A DNA stretch of 64,000 nt from Phoronis australis. Lineage: Eukaryota; Animalia; Phoronida. The translations under genes and the position numbers were made by a program. Below are positions 23,055 through 38,000 of the stretch, piece by piece. The notes below the pieces were generated by a model. It searched no databases. It was not told where the DNA came from and was given only the letters and a program-made list of their open reading frames with translations. Each line of letters starts with the position of its first letter. Positions within the stretch are counted from its first letter, which is position 1. The stretch spans positions 70,804 through 134,803 of the forward strand of contig NMRA01000002.1 in assembly GCA_002633005.1 (NCBI GenBank), written 5' to 3'.

Positions 23055-26000
23055 CTAATCCAGGGTCAGCTTCAAAATGAGTTCACACGCTTCCTCCACT
23101 GTTTCTGTCCATAAAAAATTGTCAATTTCAGCGTCATTAAGTATCTCCTTGGCGTTATCCTGAAAATACAAGTACATGTAAGCCTTCAGTTCCCTACTAA
23201 AACACGCACTTTCTACTAGGCCTATATATGGTCCTGCAGTGAATTATAAAATATTATAATGTGATATTGGTATCGTAGCATGTGGCCGGGGCACGTCCTT
23301 ATTTTTCAATATCCGACAATATTGAAATTAAAACCAAACCAGACTAACCTGAAGGCATGCAAATACCAGCTTGATGCCACACTTGTCCATTTCGCTGTGC
23401 CAGATAATCATATTATGTAAAGCCGTGTAGTCTATCTTAGAGATGTGAGTACAGTCAAGCACCACTCCCTTACACTCGGTATCTGGAATATACAACGACA
23501 CAGTATGAATGTAATTTTTAATAGCAGACGTACGTTCATAGTTCTCCCGTCACCGTACACCCTTCCTCACTCGCCGTCATCATGGGCATCATCATATAGG
23601 GTTGATTTAGGGGGCTCGTTCGCTGAGGCCCCACCCCTAAACGAGTAAACCTGCCCCCGACATACTGTTTTAAAAGTATGTTGCCGGCATGTTAAAACAT
23701 GTTGTTCTTTTTTTTGAAAAAACTGCCTCTGACCACAACGTGGAAGATCCTAGGCCCGCCGGATTGCTCTCTATGGGATAATTTTGTTCCTACTGATCGT
23801 CACCTGTCTCATCGTCAACTTGTTGATCATCATACGGGATCTAATCCAACCATTGTTTTCACTTTCGTCATCACCGTACCGGCATCAATGTCGTCAACGT
23901 CAATACTCATTAATCGCCATTATGTCGACAGGCTCCATGGATACTCCAACGTGCCACCTTCTTACAACAAAACAATTCCATTTGTTTCACATTTCTTTTG
24001 TCAATTACTCTCCAGTTATGTATTTGACGATATTCGAGGTAAAACTGTTAAGGAACTCCGTACACAAGCAGTCTAACTGCGTACGAGCCCTTCAACCCGA
24101 GTGCTATATGCTTTAGACTCCTCAGAGCGGGAGCAATTAATACATGAACCCGCCAGTACTCACCCTCAGACGCTTCCTCCATCACCCTCTCGTGGACAGT
24201 TTCGACGCAAGGGAATTCCATACCGAGACTAGGCTGGATGATGACGATGTCTTTCCCGCGGACAGGGGCCAGGTGCTGAAACAGCATATTGTAATAGTTA
24301 ACCACGGCAGCAGCAGCACGTCATGGGCTGCGGTAGCTTCAATGACAGTAGCAGCCTAAGCAGCGGAAGCAACAGCAAGGATAACGGCAGTACTAGTATT
24401 AGCTGTTAGTAAGAATGGAAGTAACAACAGTGGCAGCGACTACCTACTGTATCAGCATGTGGCATTTTTTTAAATCACAAATAATGAGTCATGATGAGAT
24501 GGTTAGTTAAACTGAAACGATATTTACAATTCCAAAAAACAGTCCGGTTTACGTTTACGACGTAATTAATGCCACCACACGCTCTAAGTAAGGGACTCGA
24601 AGAAAATTTGAGCGTGTGGCATCCATTAAGGACTAGTTGTTGAAATGCAGTTGAAAACACAAGTTTTTCAGGGCAGGGACGAACACAACTGTTTGCATAC
24701 CTTCCTTCGGAGAGGCTGACTAGTTTGAAGGGACCACACTGAATAGATTCGGTCCGTTATTTTTAATAGTAACTCAGTAACGAAACTTTAGTTACCGAAG
24801 GGTTGCTCGCAGATACATGGTAAACACATTTCCACACCTGGCTCTAATGGTGACACAAACAGGACAATACAAAATTTCATTAACAGTAACGACTGCATTG
24901 ACTGGATTAATGTGAGCATGGGCGAAAGTCATGGTTAACGTGAATTATGTTTCATTCCAGTGGTTTATGAGTTAAACTTGCACTCCTAAATACCTAAAAT
25001 GTCACTGATTACGATTGGTGGCACATTTAACTTGAGCACCTTGATCTTTTAGATATGTATTTAGTACACGGTCATCAAAAAAATCACACCCCGTCGTTCT
25101 GATGCTGATCGATATGTGCGAGTTTCCTACAAACAACTCCTTCCTTCTTCATCAACAATGCTTCATCATAAAGACCTTCAAAATTAGTATTCTTGTAATT
25201 CTTTGGAAAACCAAAGTATTGTCATTTTTATCGTTATGAATTCATTGAAAGTATTCCTTTTGCGTAATTTATAAATAGCGGTCTTCAAGTTCTTCAAACT
25301 TCCATCCTTTCGATGTCGGTCTATCCTCTTCAGAGTATTCCATACAATCTCACATCTTTGGTTGTTTTGGCCGCATTTCTTGGTGATGTGCTTTGCATAA
25401 ACATGTTTTGTGTTTTTTTCGACGAATTTTAAATCATATCTACTTTCCCGCTCGTGAATAGTTGGCAGTGCCGGATTTGTATTGGGCAAAGGAAAAAATT
25501 GCCCTGTTCCGGATCTCCAAGACGGGAACCAATTTGAAAGTGACTCCTTTATAAACAGGAAAAGAGTGGTTACGTTAAGTTAGTTGGGTGACCCGCCAAA
25601 AACTGACCTTCCTTATAAATGTTAGGTTGTACGACTTCACAAAAACAGGAAACGAAAGGCAATTGATTTATAAATGGGATTCCTTTGCGTGAGCGGCCTC
25701 GTATTAGGAGAAAATATATAACTAAAAACAGGGACGACACGGAAGCCATCAACGGGCCTCCTCTAGTGGCTGATCCCCTAAATATCAAAGCATAAACAAT
25801 TTCAAAAACAGGAAATGTGAAGCAACTGATGGTATCCGCCAGGCTCTCAATTTATATCAAGTGATATACAATTTAAAAAAAAAACAGAGCAACAGACGAC
25901 TCCATTATCCTTCTACCCTCGCTGTCTTTCTTTTCTCGATTGTCCCCTGCCTTGCAGCCCTACACATATGCCAGTTGCAACAGCTTCATTCTGATGTCTG

Positions 26001-29000
26001 CAAAACAGGGCGACCACGAATAGCGTTCCACTACGTACAATCGCCTTCTGGAAGTTTGGTGGAGATACATGGAAATGGCTTCACTCAGACTCTGAACATC
26101 ACACGGCCAATCACTGCAACAGACGGTGAAGCCAAGACGGCGAGCCGCCCTCTGGGTGGACAGCCGACAAACTAACGATTTCTGTAGCTATGTAATTTTA
26201 AAGTGAGACTGCAGTTCTGTCATTTGTGTGACAAAATGATATTGCTGAGCCAAAGACTTACTTCTTGACTATCGTAGTTTGACGGTTCGCTGCTTGTGTC
26301 TTCCCTTGTGTCTTCAGCTGAGTCAAGTTTCTTGTGTTTCACTCTCATCTGAGGTCTGGCCATGGGGTACAAAATCATCACCAGCGATAGCGCTATGCCA
26401 ACAATGATCCCATACTAAAGGAGACCAAAATGACGTTATAAAAGTTATTAGTTTGTACCTGTATGGACTGTAAATTCAGAAAATGCTCGATCTTAGTGTG
26501 GAGTAGATTTCGCGTGCACCGACCTGTTCACATCTGGTGCGACTATTCATGTGGTGTAACAATGCGCATGACTGAGAAAATTTCTTGCTGGATAGCGCTG
26601 TTAGTGATGTCATTACCCGCCTACTCGTCAACTGTACCATTCTGTTGTTCAAAAATTTTTTTTGTCCAACACATCGGGAACTCTATACAACGCTAGCTTT
26701 TTGTAAGGGGAGCAGGGTTGCGTTCGATCCGTGAAGTTTATCTCTTGCAAGTTTGGCGATGTCACGTAAGGTCAAGCAAGATCACGTGAGTGAAAGACTG
26801 ATTTCTCGCGAGTGAGCTCGCAAAACGGTCACCACTGAAGTGATTAACCGGTGAGGCAGGAACCCTGAATTATGGGATAATATTAATTCTGTTCGATGAG
26901 CCATTCCTTGCCGTAGGTCACACATGAATGACTAGCATCTGAGAACGCCCTCCAGGTTTCAACGCAAGGAAAGGTCATTTGGATTTGATACACAATTATC
27001 TTACCTCAATGCCCAAAACAAACGAGAGAATGAAGGTTGTGAAGTATGGTATCAGATCTATTTCTGAAATGAATGTTACAAAATTAGCACGGCGATAACA
27101 AGTGGAAAATCGTCTATCCTGCTAGAAAAAAAAACATCCTTGTCATCTGGAAATTTTCGTAAACCAAAAGCAAATACCACAAAGTTATCCAAGATTTTTA
27201 ATTGTTCAACTTTCAGTCAAGTCCATCAACCGAGTCACGTTTATGTGGGCACTGGCGCATGAGTCAGTATTATGTTAACACGACATCACATTTTACGCCG
27301 ATGTCAACAACCGCTTGCCAAAAGAACGCCTCTGAAGTTGAAAAAATACAGCGGTGCTCTAAACAATAAATGTCATTACGTACTTTTATACCTCCATAGC
27401 GCAATGATGACCCCCAGATCCAACGATTGCAGCACAGCTACAAGGATGACGGCTGCTAGCGCTACCGTTGGGATGTAGTAGAAGCACGGAGTGAGCACGG
27501 CTAGAGCGAGGATGACCGTGGCACCAGTCACGATGCCACCTGCTGGGGTGCACGCACCCGTCTGGGAATTGACGTTTGACCTGTTGGTTTTCCAAAACAG
27601 ATTCATAGCTAAGACAACACGAGAAACCCAGATTGTAAATTCATACGTGTTCTCAAACGCTTCCAAGTTCTCGGCTGTTATGTAAATATGCCGAGAGACG
27701 TTTTGTTGTGCAGATGATTCGCGTGAGAAACAAGACTTTGGTGTTATGTGCACCAGTAAACACGCACGCACGCTTTCAGTGGTTTCTTTAAAAGTCTTCT
27801 TCCCAAACATTTAAAAAATTGGCATTTCGACTTTTAGACGATTTGTTGATCATGGACAGAAACAATTGAAAGTTCTAAATATATCCAAAATTGTACTCCA
27901 TGAAAACAGGAAGCACAGTATAAGTTTCTTGATCGGATTTTCGTGATCGTTTCTGAAATCTTATTTATATCCATTAAACTCCACATGCTGTACTGTTAAG
28001 CTGAGTAATTTAGCCAAACAATTTCCTTCGAACATATGACAATAAGGCTATACCTGGAGAAACTAGCAGTGACGGGGAACGCGCCCACGAATGCACCTAA
28101 AAAATTGGCGAGCCCCAGAGCTATGATTTCCTGGTTGGGGTCAATGCGGTAGTTGTTCCGTCGAGCTGTAATAAACATGTTTAATTCTAACTCACCACTC
28201 TATATTGAAGTCAAACTCCCGGCCAACAACGTGTTTTGATATATTTTGGGTCTGGATTTGTATGAACTCGAGATCACTGTCATTAAATTTGAGATCTAGA
28301 GTATTAAAGTTTACGAAAAAGGGTGCCTAGCTGAACTGGTACGACTTCGACAGGCTCGCCTACGTGGTTCTATAGGACTAGGCTATCTGGACACACTTAC
28401 CGCGTGGACAAATGTCCTTAATGCCGGTATGAAACGGTCTTAATGTACATCGAACAAGCAACAAAAGTAGGCATTCCTTACTGATTTCATTATTATTTTT
28501 TATATTACGAAAAGTTCTTGCTCATGTTGACTGCTGGGGTGTATCGCTTGAATAACCAGACGTCGGGTAGAAAATTCCTATGTGTCTATATATCGAGTGT
28601 ATAATCCTAGTTAGTTCGCACTTAATGATCTTTACGATCGAGTTACAAATAGAAGTGCAAACTCCAGTTTTGAGTGCAAATTTTGAACTTTAAAAGGTTC
28701 AATTAAGAGGAAATCAAGTGCGAACTAAGATGTCTGCATAAAACCATGATATTCTCGAGTCCACACTTCAGAGACAACGTACTATTGCGTTCATTCTAGC
28801 GTCGAACAGAAAAATGTCACAGATAAGACAAAGCTCAACCTCGAAGATTAGACAGGAGGGTCCCTTTTTCTCGAGGAGTATACTGGCTTATTATAAGTCA
28901 AGAGTCAGAAATCTCACTACAGTGAAGTAACCAAAAGTTGATGTGTTGTCTTCTGTCTAGTTATAGAACTCTAGCCTCATGCGCGTACCCAGGCTTGAAT

Positions 29001-32000
29001 ATATCATGGGGGGCTCGAGTTTCCGACGATGTGGACCTTTTCCTAACAAAAAAGCGGGAGGACTAAAACAACGGAATACCACGTTCGGAGCTGTGAGTTT
29101 TGCGTTTACGCCTTTTTAGTGGACTTTTGTCTCATTTTCTCCGACTTTTTGTTTCTCCGAGGCGGACCTTTTTACCCACTTCCGCCAAATGGGGGGCTTG
29201 CTAGAGCCCTACGAGCCCCCTCCCCCTGGGTGCGCGCATGAGCCTTCTATGGTATAAATCGAGCAGACTACGGATTTCTATAATGTAGACAGACTTTCTA
29301 TCTAGCACTGTAGACAGACTTTCTGTCTAGTACTATAGACAGACTTTCTGACTTACAGGCTTCGCCAGTTTTCGCTAAGCTATCCGCAGAATGATTTTCA
29401 GCCAAAAGACAAAGGCCAATAAACTCTCTGACAAACAGGTCCCTTGTACAGTCTAAATCGAACCATCAACGGGCCTTTATTATCACGCTGACATTCCCAC
29501 ATGCCAATAATATATAATACGTAAGTGGCCATACGCCACGTTTTGGAGAACATACCGACTGACTTGGTTTGGTTCAGATATAGAACGTCTGCATGTTACA
29601 TGTGTCAAACAAAAAGATGACTGGATATTAGGCAAATGTTTTGAACAAAATACGTTTCGGGTTGTAGCTACCAATGCCTGCTGAAAGAAAGTACAAGACT
29701 ATACATTAGGAAGTCTACTTACCAAGGGCTTTTGCAATGGCTATACTTTGTAAAATACTGATAAACGGCGTGATAACTATTCCAGTGCCAATATGCTACA
29801 AGAAAAAAAAAACTCTATTTCATCAACTAAAATTGAGAACCCAGTAAACAACCACACAACAAAAATATGGATATTTTTGCTATTTTCTTTTATTGCAAGG
29901 TATTGCATGCCATTGGAAAGATTATTTATTCGTGTTTTGAAAAATGCCAGTTGCGATCCAAAGTTGTTTTTAGATTCTGACGCACCTGGATAAAGTTTCG
30001 TAAAAACATGAATCTCGGCAAGAAAGCTCGCGTGATCACGAAGAGCTACGCAAGTTCTTGGCTTAGTCTTGCATGGAACGCAAGCCAGGGTCGATTTCAA
30101 TAACGCTACAGAAAACAAGATCTCGCGATAGTCCGCGAAATATAAATATTTTGAATAAGAGCATGTGATTTGTGTTGAACTTTTCGCCCCTCAAGAGTTA
30201 TTGAACTCGGTCCTGGTGTTAAACAGTGATTGTTGTGAAAACACTTTACATGCAAGTTGTGTTGTCTGAAAGATAAATAAAGTGTCCGATAGTATGCATT
30301 GCATTATAAAAACATTGACAGCAAAATATCACTTTTTGAATATTTTGAATGGTTTACGGTGGAGTATTTAAAGCTGAAAAGCCCGCTCAAGAGCAACAAA
30401 TTTATTTTTTAAGACCTCATTGATTGCGTTCGTCATGCTACAAAAAGAAGCCATTATAGGATTCGAGAATTTTATCCACGGCATTGTGGGACAGTTTTTA
30501 GTTAGGATCTGCTGGAACGTCCTTTTTGCTGGGCATTCGAAGAAACAACCATCATACAAAAATAAAAAATTGAATGTGAACCTCAAAATGCGTCGGAAGC
30601 AACTTATAGAGGAGCCATCCGATTATGCTTTTTACACGTCCACAAAGTAGTTTTCATGATATTACCTTATTTTTACGAGCTAGCACCTGTACCATGTTGC
30701 ATTTGAAAAACTACAGCAGCGTCATAGATGAAACAATTAAAAGAGAACATTCGTGTTTGCGTGACAATTAGGCTAGGTTCACATGTTTACATTTTGTACA
30801 CGGAAATACTACCAAAGACGCGACCTAAGCATATTTACTCGGCTCGACGAAACGTCAAGGTTTTCGAAACGTTGCGTTGCCGGTCTGTGTTAGCTCATAA
30901 AGAACAAGATCCGTTTTCAAAAGAAAACAATCATGTGAATAGGACCAAAATGGCAGCTAAAGTATGATTGTACATGTCAACCCGAACAACTCTCTCATAC
31001 GCACGGAAAATATTTCTGATGTTGAAATTGTTCCATTCTCGTACTGTAGCGTGAGATTTGGAAAACGAAATGATGGTAAGCCAGCCTCGATGTATCCTGT
31101 TAATGTAAGTACATTTATGTCCTCACTGGTCAACAAGGCGACCACACCGGCCGAGATAAGTACAACAATGGCGTTTCTTGCTGCAAAGAAAAAAATAGGG
31201 AATATTTAAGAACTTTAAAAAAATCTTAAACAATGGACCGGGGGCCTGATACAATTGTCATGTCATGTAAGTTTGCGGATTTCTCATGCTGGATATATTT
31301 CCTCCGAGCGGGTGTTTTGTCGTTTCAATTTCCTAAAGGTTCACTTTTAGTGTTCATTTAGGATCTTTGTAAATATGTTCATTTTGGAAAAGTATGGTAA
31401 GCAAAGGTTATATCACGGAAGATACTCGACTATATTTTTGACGTGGGTAGTGCAGTAGTAGTGAAATAAGGTAAGTTCACTGTTTAATGAATTTAAGATT
31501 GCCGTTTGAATTACGTCATACCTGATGTGTGCAGAAGGGTCTGTCTTTTTTAGTATGAAGTCATCGCGAAATTCGATGTAGCGCGCTACTTTTAAACGCC
31601 AAAATAACAAAAAAATAATAAAAAGCGTAAGGCAACATCAGAATAATATCGGTCGATTCGTGGAATAATGTCTCGTGAGATATTACTACATATACGCCAC
31701 TCTCGGTACGTTTTGTGTATTTATCACATACACGTTGAATCTGTCGAGTGCAATACCGCCGTGTAATAATGTTTCGCGTATTCACCTCCGGCACTACTTC
31801 AACAGTGACCTCTGACATGGAAAGTTCAAAAGGTAGGTCAATGTCGACTCGACGTCGTTAGCCGTTTCGATCATCAAACTTTCAGAATATATTTTTAAGC
31901 AATACAGTTGCAGCAATATAAATAACACTCGACACGCAATCAGGCCCTAAACGTAACCGCCGAAAAATGAAAAAAGTTAGGAATTCGAAGCGTATTGGAC

Positions 32001-35000
32001 AAATACAAAACGTACCTCGATTGGCGTAGATGAAGTAATATCCAACTCGACATTATTCGGCGTATCGTGGGATATTACTTCATCTACGCCACCCTCGGTA
32101 CGTTTTGTGTATTTATTGAAAAAATAACGATTTCAAATGTTTTGTGTTAGCCAATGTGGTAAAACAAATTTACGACTTTTAAGCAAACTTTGCTGAGACA
32201 CCTTTAATTTTGAATGAATGCGTGAATTGGAGTTCCAATGTTTAGGAACATTAAGAGTTTAATAAAGAACAAAAAGTCCCCAAAATATATTTAATACAGT
32301 GTCAGCTTACAGTGACTGTAGATTAGTCGTCTTACCTGTTCCAAGCAACCAGCAAATCCTACAGCCTATCTGTGCAGCGCGACCACGCGTCGTTTTGTCT
32401 GTAAACCTTTCACTCAATACGTCACTGGCATCTATTACCAACTACAAATTGTTTTAAAAGACATCAACATTAAATGGAAATAAAGTGTAGGCAACAAAGT
32501 ATATTTGCAGGCAACAAGAATACATGGAGAACTTTTTACAATAAATTTTTGATAAAACGAGAAAGTTAAACCTGTTGGCACTAAAAGCATTGTCATTGAG
32601 GATAGAAACTTGAGGATATTTAAGATCCAAGCCTGTGCTTTCAGTCAAATAGCTACAAAACTCATAAAACTGAACTCAGTAAGATTATATATTTTCCAGG
32701 AAAGTAGAAAATGTGTAGAAGAGAATTTTTTTACTCTGCGCCAATCTGCCAATGATGGCTTCACGTGACCATGTCTTTTGAGTAAAATCAAGCAAAAGAG
32801 AAAATGTACATGTATGTTCACAGCAAAACAAAAACTTCATGATCATGTCCTGTACGTGTTCAAGATGAAGTCTCAAAAGTGACGTTACATTTTTAGGTTA
32901 TCATTTCGTTTTCGTTTACACAAGTTTTGATTTTTTTCATGAAGCTGATAAAATTGCTATTTTTGATAAAAGCTCATGCAAAGCAATTTTAAAATAATTC
33001 CTAACAGGGTTTTGGGGAACAGTGTGCAAAGCAAAGTATCTGAATGTTTTGTTTGAACCCGACTGGACATCTTCCGAAATTGGGAAAATGTGGGCAAGTT
33101 TCTAGGGTCCTGCAAAATCTTAAAATGTAAGTGCACAGGGCATGAAGTAGACTAAAGGTAGTTAAATTTTTATTATATAAACACCTTACCTTCAAACCAA
33201 CTAGAGCTAAAATGCAGGCAACACCAGCGATCAAGTCCCAGTAACTAAAATGTTGAATAAAAATCAAAGTAGCAAATAGTAAAGCACGTAACGTCATCAA
33301 AATAACTCTGAACATTTCAGAAAACTAATTCGCTAAGTTACAGTAATAATTATTTCGAACTGTACTACAATAACTTTTGGGACTTCAAAGACAGGATGCA
33401 ATAACTTACTTCGTTTCGCCAATGCGACGAAAAAATTCCCCAATGCTGATAAAAAATGACCTCGGAAGCTTTCGAATTCCAAATAATAGCTGAAAGGTAA
33501 AACGCATTTAATAACTGCTTTGTTACATGGTCTTACAGTCGTTTGCTATACATAGCCAGGTAGGCTATTTCCACATGTAAATGTTTATAAGTGTACTGCA
33601 TTTTTCATTCGGATTCAGATAATTGCTATGTCAAACTACGACTCGATTGCTGTTATCCTTTATTGAGTTTTCTAAAATTGTGCTGATCGACGGACCTGCA
33701 TCCGAACTGTTTCTAGCAACGCTATCTCGTATGTTTATTGCTGACGCATCTGTAACTGTTATGGCACGATTTGGACCCTTAAACAGGAATAAAAATGCAG
33801 ACACATCACGTTTTCAAAACTTTTGCAGGTCTTGGATTTTTTTCCAGATTTAGGTTACCACAGTAGTAATTTAGCACTTGGAATTTTAAAAAATAAGTGT
33901 TCAGATTGATCGGTGTACTCCGACAGCGGTTACACCTATTGTATGCTCCCTGGGAGTTGAGAAGGATTAAAATTGACCGAGTCCAAAGCCAGGTAATATT
34001 TTTTCGAAGTACGTGGTAATTTACCGCGCTACGTAAATCCGGCTTAATTATTGTTATTCTTTTTTAATTTTAGCGCTTCAGTTTTATTTATATGTCCCAA
34101 AGCCTCAAAATGACGTCATAATAAGCAAGCGATATTCACCAAAGATTCGTTACAACAGTTAATATAGAACGTAGCAAATTTCTCTGGAAACGGAAACTTC
34201 TAATTTGGTGCCACCGCTTGACAGAACAACTGACGTCTGACTTTGGTCCAATATTGTTGTATAACATACTGGCTTAGCCTGGCGTATGAGGTGAGGAGGA
34301 GATCAAACGCATGATTGAAATGAATATCAAGAAGGGGGGACTTTTTGCAACGAACATTGTAGGGAAATTGCCCCTTTGTGCACCTGGGACTATTCCAGTG
34401 GTATTTTAATAAAGTCTGACGTTTCCTCAGTTTTCATTTGAGTCAGTTCAATGTCAAAACTGTCGTCGGTACCTTAATTTGGCTCCAAGCTATTGTGATG
34501 GACGCGGCTGATGCGAAGGCTGAGATCACGGGAATGGAGATGAAGTTGATGGCGAAACCTAGGAATACAAAAACCTAATCTAAAAGATCACGTTAAATTA
34601 GTAAGAGCGGGACATATATAACGGATTGCTGTAAGTTTTTCTCATGGGGAACAACCTTCCTAGCCAAAAACGTCGGTGTCTTTTGTTTTTAAGAATATGT
34701 ATTTGCAAACGAGACAAACAAACTATAGCCTACCAAGACGTGGACAGAGAATATACGTGACACCAAACTGGTAAAAATGAAGTTCAGTCTTCTGGCAATT
34801 CTGAAGAGAGTTTAAATGAGAATTGTTTACCTCCGCCAGTGGAGTCAAGAGGTTATGAATTGGGTAACGTGTGTTTAGAGACATGCAAACGCACGCGCAA
34901 AACGCACACACAAATGCACACATGTTTATAACGACGTCTGAAAAATCAGCAAGACTTGAGCCTGAGCCAGCCGTGAGCAAGTTAACCTTAGTAAAAATCT

Positions 35001-38000
35001 AGAAAAATGTGAAACTTCAGGGTTTTTTTTGTATCCGTGGACTGGGAAAAATGTTTTAGAGAAATTTGAAAAAAAAACTGCCGACCACAATACCGACGCC
35101 ATTATGAACTGGAAGATTCCTCGATCACTCAATGCCGACGCGCAAGCACCTCAAGACGGCCTTTCCAGCTTACCGAGAACATGTGAGTGTGCACTACAAA
35201 TAACAAGCGAATAGCTGGATTTTTAGAATGTCGATTATGCTTCTTAGTGTTAGAAATTAGTAGCGGGTGATGAAACGCTTATTGTGTTAGCATGGACGCG
35301 GGGAATTGTACTTAAATGTGCTTGGAAAACCGATTGAATTGAAGAACGTAGCTGAGAGTATGATTTGAATCCCAGTCGAGAAGTTTTTCAAGGGTGACTG
35401 GGTTACTTCAGTTTTCTCCCTGAGGACATCTCTAGTTTTCTCAGTAATAGCTCACAAACCACCTCCACAAAAAAGTAGTAGCCAACAGTAAAACATTAAA
35501 GAGCACCTAAATGTAATATTCCAATTCCCAGTTGAACGACTCCAGTCATGAATGTTAGCAGGATGATGTAGGTGGCGTTACGATGAATAGGCGTCTCACC
35601 AAACTGAATCGCCAAAATCGCCATGGATGCAGTCGGTCCTAATGTGATGTCTTTGGAGGTTCCAAATATGCTGTAGACGAAGCAGCTCATAAAGGATGTG
35701 TACAGTCCATACTGAAAAATAGTACATAGTTAACAATAGTAGAAAATTGTTATCTGGCCAACAGAAACCAGGCCTTAAGGTCTCACAACTGTATTTATAT
35801 GCGCTAACTGCGAAGCGATACCGAAGCTAGTTTATAATGCTATTCTAGAAGAATAGGTTATTCCAAGGTCAACGTTGGAATCGAAGCAGGACTTTTGCTG
35901 GTTACTTAAGATATGTCATTTAACAAGGAGAAACAACAGCTTGTACTGGCGGCAATCGAACTCTCAGGACCCTTCGACACAGCCCAATACTCAATATTAT
36001 TCGATGACTTCGACGATATATCTTGGTTCCAGTCACATATAGGCGTTTGTTTTTCTAGTTGTTGAACACGACAGTTTAGGAAAATCCAAGAGCACGTCTT
36101 TAAGATTATGTAGGACCTTAACAGCAAGTCTGAGTATTTAATCAAATATCTACATAACTTTATAGGTTTTAAAGTATGAAGCTTGCAGGATTTGCTTTTT
36201 GGCTTTTCACCAGTCTGTCATTAATCGGTTCACTTGACCACCCCATTCAGTGAAATTTAGCACATGGATGGGTGATAGCAACACAACAGTATTAATAAAA
36301 TGGCCAAGCTTTATTTTATGTTCAAGATGAAACCTCAAAAGTGCTGTTGCGGATTTCTTAGTTAGCATTTCATTTTCGTTTTATGCAACGTTTAGTCCCT
36401 TGTGTAACAGCGGAATTTTTTTAATAATTGCCTACAGTGTTTCGGAAAAACAGTACATAAGTAAACTTATGGCTGTACTTTGGTAGCAAATTTTCCGATA
36501 TGAAAGATTTGTTGAATACACGAGAGTTGTCGTTACTAACAATATTTTTTCCGTTCCTTTCGTATCCTCGGAACAATGTTCGGCACTCAACAGAACATTG
36601 TAAAGCAACTGACCAAGAGATATGATGAAAAGACACATGATATTTCGAAGCATACTTGTTTCATTCAGACCAAAAGCTGAAGACATACACAGTGGGACAC
36701 GGTAGGTGTGAAATACTTTACGCTTGTTTGCGTATTTTTGGCTCTGGATTTTCTCCAAAAATTAGCGTATTGTGCAATATGAAATTATAGTGGATACAGC
36801 ATAAAGGACAGGCAAGTCAACATTGCTCTGCGTTAAGCGAAACGACCAAAAATTGACTCAAGAAACCTTGGACTAATTGTTTGTGAGAAGCCGACCTATG
36901 CCTCAGGTGGCGCCCAGCGAATCAAACATGGATGATGACGTTACCATTAACAGTATCATGAAGGTACTGCAGCCGCCTCAGGTGGTAAGCCAGATAAAAT
37001 TTTGGAACTGCAGCGCTAACGAGCCAACGTCTTTTGCTTGTAAAGAAACTTGCCGAGCATCAGGAAGAATATGAGAAAAAAAGTTAACGGCTTGAAGAGA
37101 AAATAGACATTTTGACCGCTGAGGCTGACCAACACGAGCAACACTGTCGTAGAAATAATGTCACTTACGACGTGAAGCAAAGTGCACCAGAAAAGAGAGA
37201 ATACACTAATACGTAGTACTGGATTTTACCAAAAATGACGATTGATATTTAGTAAATTTTTTTCTAATTTAGTTCGTGGCCTCTTATTCAGTGCATCCAA
37301 AAGTGTCATCTAAAAATTGCACAGAGCTTTCAGTCCCTTAATTTTGCCGTCAAAACATACAGATTGTGGGTTCATGAAACGATGTTTTCCGAAATTTCTT
37401 TCGTCGGCCTTAACTTAGTCGGAATTTCGGTCTCAATCTGTACAGATTTTATGGCCTTTAGTCCGCTCATGACATGGGAATAGCAGTTACAGATCTTACC
37501 ACACCAAGACTAGGCTAGACGAGGTGCTTTTGTCCCTTATAACATCAAAGGAATTGTGGCACCATCCAAGTAGCAAGTCAAGCCTAAAAACGTGCCCCGG
37601 TTAAATGAGTGTGTCAATCGTTATTCGAAAGTAGTGCATCTGTACATATTTTTTCCACCAGATTAAGTTTTTGCATTCGAACGACAAAAGGTATGGTAAT
37701 GCGCTGTCTGAACAGGTGGTAGGGATTAGTGGGAGGGGGGGGGGGGTGATTTGCAAACGCAGCATGTTAAGTCAATTTTCAGGAAACGGGCACTTCGACA
37801 TTTTGCCTGTGGCTTAAAGTGCTTAAAGCCACCAATTTCAGATTAAAAAAACAACCCCACAAGTCGATCAGCTGTCAAACTGAAACAATCCCAACCACTG
37901 CGTGACGATATGTCAATTAGCTGATGTCGAGGTAGGAGAATTTAATGGTCGATACGTATTACGTAGAATCGGGATCACGTACTATCATAGCATTCATAGG

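Noticed and set aside
29287-29351. Short direct repeats resembling a CRISPR array
   Set aside because: Units are contiguous with no unique spacers, the context is a eukaryotic intron, and there are no cas genes.
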